Source: Patescibacteria group bacterium
Lineage (GTDB): Bacteria; Patescibacteriota; Minisyncoccia; Phycocordibacterales; Phycocordibacteraceae
Length of the DNA: 64,000 bases
NCBI GenBank assembly: GCA_038062175.1
Contig: JBBTXR010000001.1
Location: 9,420 to 73,419 of the forward strand
Direction of reading: 5' to 3'
Shown: positions 27,743 through 36,772 of the stretch, piece by piece
How positions within the stretch are numbered: position 1 is the stretch's first letter
How the letters are laid out: each line of letters starts with the position of its first letter
Made by a program: the position numbers and the translations under genes
The notes under the pieces: model-generated
The model's input: only the letters and a program-made list of their open reading frames with translations
Told to the model about the DNA's origin: nothing
Database searches by the model: none

Positions 27743-29497
27743 ATGCAGGTATCAGAAAGCGAACTCAAAGAATTTATCCTCGACTCCGGTCTTGTTGCCC
27801 GGAAGGACGTTGAGGATGCGGCCAAAGAAGCAGAAGAGAAGAAGCAGTCGGTCGGAGACATTCTCGTTTCTCGCGGCACGCTTTCTTCTGACGCACTTCG
27901 CCGCATCAAGGCATACGTCCTTGGTATTCCGTTTGTGAATCTTAAGGACCGCAAGATTCCGCTCGACATCCTCTCTCTGATTCCCGAGCCGATCGCGCGC
28001 ACGCATTCGATCGTCGCGTTTAGGAAGAACGGTAACGACCTCGAGGTTGCCATGCTCGATACCGAGGATATCGCCTCAATCGATTCGGTGAGAAAGAAAA
28101 CCGGTCTCAAGATTCTTCCACGTCTGACCGACGACGAGTCACTCAAGTCTGTTCTTGTGCAGTACCAGAAATCCTTGAAGGAAGAATTCGGTGACCTCAT
28201 TTCAACGGAGGCTGGAAAGTTGAATCTCGTTAAAGAGGGAGGAGGTGATGACGTGTCGGGAGACGACCTTAAGAAGATGGCGGAGGATCTTCCAATTGTC
28301 CGCATCGTCGACACTCTCCTTCGTCACGCAATCATCCAGGGCGCATCCGACATTCATGTCGAGCACTCAGAGACGGAAGTCATCGTTCGCTACCGAATCG
28401 ACGGGGTGTTGCACGATGCGATGACGCTCCCGAAAAATGCGGCAGCGGGTCTTGTTGCACGCATCAAGGTCTTGGCAAATCTGAAGCTCGATGAGAAGCG
28501 TCTTCCACAAGACGGACGTTTCAAGATGGAGACGGAGGCGGAGACGGTCTCGTTCCGCGTTTCACTTCTTCCAACCTACTACGGTGAGAAGATCGTCATG
28601 CGTCTTCTTCGAGAAACCGGCGGCGAAGGTTTCACTCTCGATGTGCTCGGTTTCCATGGCGAGACGATGGAGCGCATCCACAAGGCAACGAAGCAGACGA
28701 CCGGCATCATCTTGGTCTCGGGTCCAACCGGTTCCGGAAAGACGACGACCTTGTACACGATCCTCGATATTTTGAATACGCCTGACGTGAACATCTCAAC
28801 GATCGAAGATCCGATCGAGTATCAGATGAAGCGCGTGAATCAGACGCAGGTGAATCCCGCGATCGGTTTCAACTTCTCAAACGGACTTCGTGCACTCGTG
28901 CGTCAGGATCCAGACATCATCATGGTCGGTGAGATTCGTGACGGCGAGACTGCCGCACTTGCAATCAATGCTGCACTCACCGGACACTTGGTCTTGTCTA
29001 CCATTCACACCAACTCTGCTGCAGGTGCGATTCCTCGTTTGATCGATATGGGTGTGGAACCCTTCCTTCTTGTGTCGACCCTTCGTGTCATCGTGGGTCA
29101 GCGTCTGGTGCGTCGTCTCTGCGACAACAAAGAAGAGTACAAACTTGATAAAGAGGAACGAGCAAAAGTTGCGCATGACGATAAGTTCGACGCGGTACTC
29201 AAATCCCTTCAGGACGAGAAGCTTGTGAAGGCAAGTACGAAGGTCGATGACCTCTCGTTCTACAAGCCGGTCCCAAGTGCCGAGTGTGAAGAGGGATACA
29301 AGAGTCGTATTGGTATCCACGAAGTGCTCGCGGTTTCTTCTGCAACCCGTGAGTTGATTCTCCATAGTGCGACTTCAGAAGCGATCGAAGCGCAGGCTCG
29401 CAAGGAAGGCATGCTCACCATGCTTGAAGACGGACTCTACAAAGCAGCGAAGGGAACGACCTCGATCGAGGAGGTGTTGCGAGCAGTGACGGAATAA
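27743..29497 (+). CDS. pilB: Type IV pilus assembly ATPase PilB (GspE family)
   Basis: Walker A (GPTGSGKTTTL), Asp and His boxes, N-terminal GspE_N-like domain. Start at MQVSESEL. Confidence 0.9.
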   Translation: MQVSESELKEFILDSGLVARKDVEDAAKEAEEKKQSVGDILVSRGTLSSDALRRIKAYVLGIPFVNLKDRKIPLDILSLIPEPIARTHSIVAFRKNGNDLEVAMLDTEDIASIDSVRKKTGLKILPRLTDDESLKSVLVQYQKSLKEEFGDLISTEAGKLNLVKEGGGDDVSGDDLKKMAEDLPIVRIVDTLLRHAIIQGASDIHVEHSETEVIVRYRIDGVLHDAMTLPKNAAAGLVARIKVLANLKLDEKRLPQDGRFKMETEAETVSFRVSLLPTYYGEKIVMRLLRETGGEGFTLDVLGFHGETMERIHKATKQTTGIILVSGPTGSGKTTTLYTILDILNTPDVNISTIEDPIEYQMKRVNQTQVNPAIGFNFSNGLRALVRQDPDIIMVGEIRDGETAALAINAALTGHLVLSTIHTNSAAGAIPRLIDMGVEPFLLVSTLRVIVGQRLVRRLCDNKEEYKLDKEERAKVAHDDKFDAVLKSLQDEKLVKASTKVDDLSFYKPVPSAECEEGYKSRIGIHEVLAVSSATRELILHSATSEAIEAQARKEGMLTMLEDGLYKAAKGTTSIEEVLRAVTE

Positions 29498-29584
29498 TCC
29501 CAGCCACGTTCCACGCGCGCGAACGACGCATTCATCGCACTAAGGATCAGGAATCGCGTTCCACGAAACGATTCCAGTACTAAG

Positions 29585-29625
29585 AGCCGGTTCTCCAATG
29601 GAGACCCGGCTCAAAGTCTTTTGCG
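29585..29625 (+). terminator. Hairpin plus T tract between pilB and pilC (possible attenuator)
   Basis: gagccgg-(15-nt loop)-ccggctc followed by aaagtcttttg. Confidence 0.4.
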
Positions 29626-29643
29626 TGCTAAGATTTTTATGAA

Positions 29644-30864
29644 ATGAAGTACCGCGTAATTCTGAAAAATAGTTCAAATAATTCTGAAGAAAAGATAACG
29701 TTGGATGCGCCGTCACGTTTCGCGGTGTATGCGGAAGCGGAGAAGCGAGGTGCCACGGTCGTCAGTATGCGAGAGGGTGGTGGGATGCCACCATTCCTCA
29801 GTCGCCTCTCGAACATTCAGTTCGGAAGCGGTGTGAAGATGGAAGAGCGTATAACCTTCACAAAAAATCTATCCGCCATGCTTTCGGCGGGTCTCTCACT
29901 CTCCCGTGCGCTCTCCGTGATTGAGCGACAGTCGACCAATAAGTCCCTGAAACGAATCGTCTCGGATATTTCTGAGAAGGTGAAAACCGGTCAGGCGTTT
30001 CATGAAACGCTTGAGGCGCATAAAAACGTCTTCTCGGATCTTTTCATCGCGATGACAAAAGCAGGTGAGGAGTCAGGAACACTCGCGGAGGCCTTGAAGG
30101 TCGTGGCACGTCAGATGGATCGATCGAACTCTCTCAATAAGAAGATCAAGGGAGCGATGATTTACCCCTCGATCATTTTGGTTGCGGTGATTCTCATCGG
30201 TATCCTCATGCTGATCTATGTGGTGCCGACTCTCTCAAACACCTTCCGTGAACTTGGTGTGGAACTTCCGGCGGCAACTAAGGCGGTGATCGGTGCGTCC
30301 GACTTTATGGCGAGTCATCCGATTCTTGTGCTCACCCTCTTCGGAATCTTTGTGTTCGGTTTCATTCTCTTTACCAAGACCAGAGTCGGCGCGAGCATGA
30401 TGGTGGGGATCGCGCTCCACGTGCCGGTCATCGGTAACCTGGTCAAGGAGACCTACAGTGCACGAGCAGCGCGTGCACTCGCGTCACTTCTTGCGGCGGG
30501 TGTTGAGATGCTCTCTGCACTTTCAATTGCAGCGGAGGTGGTGGGAGAAAAGAAATTCTCGAAGGTGATCACGGAGGCAGAGGAACGGGTGAGAAAGGGT
30601 GAGTCACTCTCCGCAACGTTTAATGATTATCCAAAACTGTATCCAGTCTTTATCGCTGACATGATCGCGGTGGGGGAGGAGACGGGTAAGGTCGCAGACA
30701 TGCTCGGACAGGTCGCCGAGTACTATGAGACGGATGTGGAGGATCGAACAAAAGATCTCTCAACAATCATTGAACCGGTTCTCATGCTTTTCATTGGAGG
30801 GGTGGTGGGTATATTTGCGCTCTCGATGATCTCACCGATCTACTCGCTGTCAGATAAAATTTAG
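29644..30864 (+). CDS. pilC: Type IV pilus inner-membrane platform protein PilC (GspF family)
   Basis: 406-aa ORF with two GspF repeats and 3-4 TM helices. Confidence 0.9.
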   Translation: MKYRVILKNSSNNSEEKITLDAPSRFAVYAEAEKRGATVVSMREGGGMPPFLSRLSNIQFGSGVKMEERITFTKNLSAMLSAGLSLSRALSVIERQSTNKSLKRIVSDISEKVKTGQAFHETLEAHKNVFSDLFIAMTKAGEESGTLAEALKVVARQMDRSNSLNKKIKGAMIYPSIILVAVILIGILMLIYVVPTLSNTFRELGVELPAATKAVIGASDFMASHPILVLTLFGIFVFGFILFTKTRVGASMMVGIALHVPVIGNLVKETYSARAARALASLLAAGVEMLSALSIAAEVVGEKKFSKVITEAEERVRKGESLSATFNDYPKLYPVFIADMIAVGEETGKVADMLGQVAEYYETDVEDRTKDLSTIIEPVLMLFIGGVVGIFALSMISPIYSLSDKI

Positions 30865-30948
30865 GCCCGAGATCGGGCCGTCAGTAATTGACAAATATAT
30901 CTCAGACGATAGTTTCAGTTCAGAATATTTTCCCTGGGAGAGTTCAAG

Positions 30949-31113
30949 ATGACATTCGGCACAATCGTACGGATGGTAAGCGGGGTGCTAGTTGCGGCAG
31001 GTCTATTCATTGCGGCGGATAATCCGGAAGATCTTTCGACCGGTCTTCGCATCGCCGGCTTCTCATTTCTCGTGTTCATGACCTCCGTGCTTATGAAGAT
31101 TGAATCAAAATAG
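30949..31113 (+). CDS. Putative 54-aa membrane peptide within the pilus cluster
   Basis: SD-like GGAGAG upstream. Two hydrophobic segments. Not in the ORF track (<60 aa). Confidence 0.35.
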   Translation: MTFGTIVRMVSGVLVAAGLFIAADNPEDLSTGLRIAGFSFLVFMTSVLMKIESK

Positions 31114-31224
31114 TTTCTACTGGAGAGCCCGCGATAGCATCAAAGGCTTTTCTCTTTGGTGCGAAGAGTCTTCGTGGTCTCGGGTGCTAGTAACTTTTAA
31201 GTACAAAAATGTGTTCCACCTTAT

Positions 31225-31533
31225 ATGACCCCGCACCCACTCAAGAACGCGACCGCAGCCGCACTCTATATCGCACTCATCGTCTCAGGTATCTTCCTTG
31301 GCGGTCCGCTTCTTGAGCCGCTTGAAGAAGCAATCCTCCTTCCTATGATGATGCTCGGCGTCCTCGTGTTCTCGGTTGCGGCCATGGCATTTCTGTTCTT
31401 CGCAGAACCCGTACGACTCCTTACCGAAGGTAAGGCACAGGACGGCATGCAATTCTTCCTTCGGACTCTTGGGGTGTTTGCGTTCTATGTGGTGCTTGCG
31501 ATAGCACTCGCATTCTTCTTCTCGACCCGATAG
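31225..31533 (+). CDS. Small integral membrane protein (3 TM), hypothetical
   Basis: 102-aa hydrophobic ORF between pilC and the pseudopilin genes. Confidence 0.5.
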   Translation: MTPHPLKNATAAALYIALIVSGIFLGGPLLEPLEEAILLPMMMLGVLVFSVAAMAFLFFAEPVRLLTEGKAQDGMQFFLRTLGVFAFYVVLAIALAFFFSTR

Positions 31534-31561
31534 CGCACATTCGGTGCGCTATCATACCCAT

Positions 31562-33283
31562 ATGTTCCCTCGAGGTCCGCTTCGCGGCATGTCGCTCATC
31601 GATGTCCTGGTTGGTTCAGCGATCACGCTGATTATTTTTGTTGCGCTCTTTGGTCTCCTGCGCGCTTCGTTCACGGTCTCGTCGCTTACGAAGTCTAAGG
31701 CGATCGCAACGACGATCGCCGCAGCGCAACTTGAGCTCGTCCGCTCGCTTGAGTATGACGATGTTGGGACGGTCGGCGGTATTCCAAACGGCGCAATTGA
31801 GCAAACGGCAACCTCGACACACAACGGCCTTACCTTCGTGACCCGTACCTTTATTAGGTACATTGATGATCCTTCTGATGGATTGGGCGCCTCTGATGAG
31901 ACGGGAATCATCACTGACTATAAGCAGGTGAAGGTTACCGTGAGCTATACGATCAATAATCAGGAGCGTTCGGTTGAGCTTATTTCCAATCAGTCACCGG
32001 TGGGTCTTGAGACCACGGTCGGGGGCGGTACACTCCAGGTGAATGTGGTGAATGCCGTCGGGGTCGCCATTGCGGGCGCCGAAGTACATATCCAGAACTC
32101 GAGCCTTACGCCTGCTGTCGATCTCACCACCTTCACGAACGCAGCAGGTCTCGTATTCCTACCGGGTGCGGCGACTTCGACCGACTACCGCATCACCGTT
32201 ACCAAGGATGGGTACTCAACGGCGCAGACCTACGCGCGTGATACGACGAACCAGAACCCAACGCCTGGGTACTTAACGGTCGCTGAGAATCAGACTACGA
32301 GCGCAACCTTTGCAATCGATCTCCTCGCCGATCTCACCATTCGCACCCTCACTCCTCCCGAGACGAGTACCTGGGAGGATAGCTTTGATGATGCGTCGAA
32401 CATCGCGAGCGCATCGAATGCAGGTGCTTCTGGAGGTGCCATCAAGCTTATTGATAGTGGGGCGGGCTATCCGGGGAGCGGAAGTGTGGTTTCCGTTACG
32501 CTAACCCCGTCCGGGCTTGCGCAGTGGCTTGCACTCGATGCTGACCTCAATCCGTCAGCAAGCACGCAGGTGAGTGTGCAGGTGGTGAATGCGTCAGGGA
32601 CACTTCTGCCAGATGACGTACTTCCGGGTAATAGCACCGGCTTCACGAGCTTCCCGGTGAGTCTTGCGGGGGTTGCGACCTCGACCTATCCCGCGCTTGC
32701 GCTGCGAGCGGTACTTGAAAGTTCGGCACCGGCCGAGACCCCTGACCTCACTCGATGGTCTCTCTCGTATGAAACGAACGCAACACCAATACCAAACGTC
32801 AGTCACACGCTTCGGGGCGCCAAGACGGTTGGTTCGACTGGTGCCGGTGCGGCGATTTATAAGACGACGGTATCGGATACGACTGGGGCGTCCGGTGCTA
32901 CAACACATTCGCTTGAATGGGATGCGTACGACCTCACTCTTAACGGCTACGATATTGTTGATGCCTGCTCTTCACCGCCCTATGCGCTTTCACCGGGCGT
33001 TACGATCGATTCGAGCTTGTATCTGGGTACCGATTCGGCGCACATGCTCCTCGTCACGGTCAAAGATACTGCTGGTGCCGTCGTCGCAGGAGCGGACGTG
33101 ACACTCTCGCGGACCGGGTATAGCGAGACTGTGCAAACTTCGTCCTGCGGCACGGCCTACTTTGGCGATCTTGCGGCGGGAAGTGCGTATACGATCAGTC
33201 TCTCGAAGGCGGGATATAGCGACACTTCATTTACGGGCGTTTCAGTGTCAGGCAATACCTTCTATGTGGCGCCCTTCGAATAG
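31562..33283 (+). CDS. Pilin-like protein: prepilin-type N-terminus plus a large beta-rich C-terminal domain
   Basis: Prepilin leader and hydrophobic helix (RG/MSLIDVLVGSAITLIIFVALFG), then about 540 aa rich in T/S/G/A with CarbopepD_reg-like segments. An alternative GTG start lies at 31544. Confidence 0.6.
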   Translation: MFPRGPLRGMSLIDVLVGSAITLIIFVALFGLLRASFTVSSLTKSKAIATTIAAAQLELVRSLEYDDVGTVGGIPNGAIEQTATSTHNGLTFVTRTFIRYIDDPSDGLGASDETGIITDYKQVKVTVSYTINNQERSVELISNQSPVGLETTVGGGTLQVNVVNAVGVAIAGAEVHIQNSSLTPAVDLTTFTNAAGLVFLPGAATSTDYRITVTKDGYSTAQTYARDTTNQNPTPGYLTVAENQTTSATFAIDLLADLTIRTLTPPETSTWEDSFDDASNIASASNAGASGGAIKLIDSGAGYPGSGSVVSVTLTPSGLAQWLALDADLNPSASTQVSVQVVNASGTLLPDDVLPGNSTGFTSFPVSLAGVATSTYPALALRAVLESSAPAETPDLTRWSLSYETNATPIPNVSHTLRGAKTVGSTGAGAAIYKTTVSDTTGASGATTHSLEWDAYDLTLNGYDIVDACSSPPYALSPGVTIDSSLYLGTDSAHMLLVTVKDTAGAVVAGADVTLSRTGYSETVQTSSCGTAYFGDLAAGSAYTISLSKAGYSDTSFTGVSVSGNTFYVAPFE

Positions 33284-33284
33284 T

Positions 33285-33866
33285 ATGCGGGGATTCACAC
33301 TCATTGAGACCATCGTCGTTGTCGCGATCGTGACGATGGTGGGTGTTGCGCTCACCGGTTCAATCCAGTATTTCTACCGGAGCAATGCCTACATTCTTGA
33401 GCAGACCGCTGCGCTTGAGAGTGTGCGGCGCGGTCACACCTTCACACTCCAGAACCTCCGTGAGGCCACCTATGGCGACGATGGGTCCTACCTTATCACT
33501 GCTGCAGGCACATCGACCGTCACCTTTTATGGCGATATCGATCAAGACGGCGGCATTGAACGGGTGCGAGCGTATTTAACTAACGGTACGCTCTACCGGG
33601 CGATTGCAAACTCATCCGGAAATCCAGCAAGCTACAGCGGGCAGCCCGAGATACTTGAAACGATTGCTGTCTATGTGCGTAATGCGACCTCGACACCCAT
33701 TTTCACCTACTACAACAGTGAAGGCGCTGAGCTTACGTATCCGATCGATCTCACGGCGATCACGGCAGTCGGTGTGCATCTGGCTGTCGACATCAATCCA
33801 AACCGTCTCCCGAACATCTTCACACTTACGGGTCGTGCGACGCTGCGTAACCTACCGACAGAGTAG
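33285..33866 (+). CDS. Pseudopilin with prepilin-type cleavage/methylation N-terminus
   Basis: MRGFTLIETIVVVAIV at the N-terminus. ATG sits 1 nt after the upstream stop. The ORF-track start at 33162 is an overlapping extension. Confidence 0.8.
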   Translation: MRGFTLIETIVVVAIVTMVGVALTGSIQYFYRSNAYILEQTAALESVRRGHTFTLQNLREATYGDDGSYLITAAGTSTVTFYGDIDQDGGIERVRAYLTNGTLYRAIANSSGNPASYSGQPEILETIAVYVRNATSTPIFTYYNSEGAELTYPIDLTAITAVGVHLAVDINPNRLPNIFTLTGRATLRNLPTE

Positions 33867-33875
33867 AATAGAGGG

Positions 33876-35288
33876 ATGCAGAAAGCGCCGCGTGGCTACC
33901 TCCTCCTTCTGGGACTCGTATTCGGTACGATCTTTATCACGGTGCTCGGCAGTCTTGCGAGCTTCGTTCTCATCTCCAATCGTGCACAGACGGTGAACAC
34001 CGAACGTGCGATGGCCTTTGCGATCGCGGAGGCAGGGCTTGAGTACTACCGCTGGTTCCTTGCGCATAATCCGGGCGACATAACCAATGGCACAGGAGCG
34101 CCTGGCCCCTATGTAATTCCGTATGAGGATCCTGAATCATCGACCGAGGGCACGATCACGCTCGATATCGAAGGGAACACTCAGTGCGGTCAGTTGACTT
34201 CAATCGACATCAACTCAACTGGGCAGGCAGAGGGGGCTGATGTTTCTCGCACGCTTACCGTACGCTATACGCGTCCTTCGGTTGCGCTCTACTCCTATAT
34301 ATTGAACGACACGGTATGGGCAGGAGCCGATCGTGTCATCAATGGGCCCTACCACAGCAACGGCGGCATCCGTATGGATGGAACAGCGAATGCGCCTGTG
34401 ACCAGTTCGCTATCTTCGTGGCTCTGTACCTCGACCTTCGGCTGCTCACCCAATCAGACTAAAAATGGCGTCTGGGGTGCAGGACCTAATCAGACCCTCT
34501 GGAGCTTCCCGGTACCCCAGGTCGATTTCGCCGGTATCTCTGCCGACTTCGGAAGTTTGAAGACGATCGCACAATCCGAGGGGGTATATCTTCCACGCTA
34601 TTCAACGGGAAACAGTAATGGCGCTGCGTATTGGCACGGCTATCATCTTATTTTCAATGCAAACGGCACGATCACGGTACGTCGTGTATCGGCAACGACA
34701 CAGCTGAATGTGACACCGATCAATCCATCCGATAGTGGAACCGATCGCGCCCTCATTCAAAACGAGACCTTCTATCAGACCATCACGCCACCAGCAGGCT
34801 GCAAGCTCATCTTCATTGAAGATAATGTTTGGATTGAAGGAACGGTGTCGGACAAATACACGGTAGTTGCAGCGAATGTGACCACGAGCGGCATTGCACC
34901 TAATGCGTATCTCCGCGGCAACACGATGTATCAGACGACGGACGGTTCGGATGGGCTCACGGTCATCGCCGAGCACAACATCCTCGTCACGCCGGACTCT
35001 CCGAGCACTATGACTCTAAACGGTATCTTCATTGCGCAGGGAGGGGCATTTGGTCGGAACTACTATTCGAGCTGTAATAGCGCGTATGAGCCAAAGTCCT
35101 CACTTACCATCCGTGGCACAACGGTTTCGAACAAGCGTACCGGCACGAAGTGGATAAATGGGTGTGGCAACTACGCAGGCTACAACAATCGTGTTGATGC
35201 TTATGACCGGCAGCTGGCGACCGATCCCCCGGCATTCACCCCGGTCGTGTCCACCGACTATCAGTTCGTCGATTGGCGGGAGGAGTAG
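33876..35288 (+). CDS. PilX-like pilus assembly/minor pilin protein
   Basis: N-terminal TM helix followed by a PilX_N-like motif (AFAIAEAGLEYYRW), then a large beta-rich C-terminal domain. Confidence 0.55.
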   Translation: MQKAPRGYLLLLGLVFGTIFITVLGSLASFVLISNRAQTVNTERAMAFAIAEAGLEYYRWFLAHNPGDITNGTGAPGPYVIPYEDPESSTEGTITLDIEGNTQCGQLTSIDINSTGQAEGADVSRTLTVRYTRPSVALYSYILNDTVWAGADRVINGPYHSNGGIRMDGTANAPVTSSLSSWLCTSTFGCSPNQTKNGVWGAGPNQTLWSFPVPQVDFAGISADFGSLKTIAQSEGVYLPRYSTGNSNGAAYWHGYHLIFNANGTITVRRVSATTQLNVTPINPSDSGTDRALIQNETFYQTITPPAGCKLIFIEDNVWIEGTVSDKYTVVAANVTTSGIAPNAYLRGNTMYQTTDGSDGLTVIAEHNILVTPDSPSTMTLNGIFIAQGGAFGRNYYSSCNSAYEPKSSLTIRGTTVSNKRTGTKWINGCGNYAGYNNRVDAYDRQLATDPPAFTPVVSTDYQFVDWREE

Positions 35289-35544
35289 GGGGGGTTGTTT
35301 TATTGACTCCTTCTCGCTACCCGGATACCGTAAGAACGTTCGAGCACCACTGGGCTGCGTAGTGTCTACGAGCGGTGCAAGGGTTCAAACCCCTACCAGT
35401 AACCAGAGATTGAAGAAGCTTGCTCTGCGACTCCGCCACCTTTAAATAGGTACGCTCCTGAGAGCAGTGCGTCGTTCTCAGATTTGATCTAGGGATTGCA
35501 TACGTTCCTGGTAACAAATCTCTCGGTGCTCGAGCACACATCTT

Positions 35545-35572
35545 AAAGACCGCCCCGGGCGGTCTTTCTTTG
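35545..35572. terminator. Strong GC hairpin terminator upstream of tpiA
   Basis: gaccgcc-ccg-ggcggtc followed by tttctttg. Closes a 340-nt intergenic region. Confidence 0.65.
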
Positions 35573-35628
35573 ATTGCTGGCAGACTAGGTATCGAACCAT
35601 CGCTATCTAACATGCTACGATTCCATAC

Positions 35629-36369
35629 ATGTTGATCGTCTCGAACTGGAAGGCATACGTAGAAAAGCTTGATAAGGCAAAGGCGCTTTTAGCAGCTGCT
35701 AAGCGCGCGGCAGGGAAGGGTGGGCATGAGCTGGTGCTTGCGCCACCTGCACCATTCCTTGGCTTATTGACGGGCGTACGAACGAAAGTTCGATTTGCCT
35801 CTCAGGATCTCTCCCTTAGTACGGGAGGAGCACATACCGGAGAAGTGACCGCTGCGGCGGTTGTTGGGGCAGGGGCCTCCTATGCCATCATCGGACACTC
35901 TGAGCGCCGTGCTGCGGGAGAAACGGACGAGCAAGTGCTTGAAAAAGTACGGCATGCGATTGCGCACAAGCTGACTCCCATTGTTTGTATCGGAGAGCGT
36001 GAGCGGGATGAGGATGCGCAGTATTTGAAATTCGTTCGTGAACAGATTGGTGCCGTCTATGCTCCGCTTAGTCCTAAAGAGCGGCTCCAGGTGGTGATTG
36101 CGTATGAGCCGGTGTGGGCGATTGGGAAAGCGGCAGCAGATGCGATTACCTCAACCGATCTTGCAGAGATGATTGCGTACATCCGCAAAGTACTCGCTGA
36201 CTATATTCCTGGTAAGGGGAATCAGAAGGTCAGGATCATATACGGTGGTTCGGTAGAGCCAGGCAACATCCGCATGCTTGCAGGTGGAAGCGGGGTGGAT
36301 GGGTTCTTGATTGGGCATGCGAGCGTTGATGTGCCGACGTACTCGGCCTTGGTGAAGGCGCTTTCGTAG
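35629..36369 (+). CDS. tpiA: Triosephosphate isomerase
   Basis: TIM active-site motifs (NWK, IGHSERR, AYEPVWAIG, GGS). Confidence 0.9.
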   Translation: MLIVSNWKAYVEKLDKAKALLAAAKRAAGKGGHELVLAPPAPFLGLLTGVRTKVRFASQDLSLSTGGAHTGEVTAAAVVGAGASYAIIGHSERRAAGETDEQVLEKVRHAIAHKLTPIVCIGERERDEDAQYLKFVREQIGAVYAPLSPKERLQVVIAYEPVWAIGKAAADAITSTDLAEMIAYIRKVLADYIPGKGNQKVRIIYGGSVEPGNIRMLAGGSGVDGFLIGHASVDVPTYSALVKALS

Positions 36370-36403
36370 TGGTATTGTCTGCCTGGGTTTGTAGGGGAGA
36401 GTC

Positions 36404-36736
36404 ATGATCTGCATTGAAGATCGCGTACGCTTCCTCGAGGAGCGGTGCGAGCGCATTTATTCGCGCTCAAGATCGAAGGTGATATGGCGGGGAGACCAGT
36501 GGCCGAACATTATGCGTGCCTGTATTGCGACCAGGTTTGTCTATTACCCTAACCGAAGTGCGGTTCGGGAGGCGCCGACAATGGAAGCAGTAGAGTCTTG
36601 CGTCCGATATCTCGAACGTCGTCGCAGCATACATTTACGCATGCCGACGTTAGAGCGGGAGCATGAGCTTAAGGAGCTACTCAAGGTCTGGCATATCCAA
36701 CAATGGAGGAAGAAACGTAAAAAAGCGGCGGAGTAA
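36404..36736 (+). CDS. Hypothetical basic protein
   Basis: 110-aa ORF between tpiA and pgk. C-terminal Lys/Arg tract. Confidence 0.35.
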   Translation: MICIEDRVRFLEERCERIYSRSRSKVIWRGDQWPNIMRACIATRFVYYPNRSAVREAPTMEAVESCVRYLERRRSIHLRMPTLEREHELKELLKVWHIQQWRKKRKKAAE

Positions 36737-36772
36737 CATCCGCCGTTTCCCTTTGCGCGGTATGATGCATGC

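Noticed and set aside
35380-35415. tRNA-like or tmRNA 3' domain (GGGTTCAAACCCC...ACCAGTAACCA)
   Set aside because: I could not find a complementary 5' acceptor strand or a full cloverleaf; the T-stem has a mismatch and no resume-codon/tag ORF was recognisable. Kept only as a candidate for covariance-model search in the 35289-35628 finding, not annotated as a feature.
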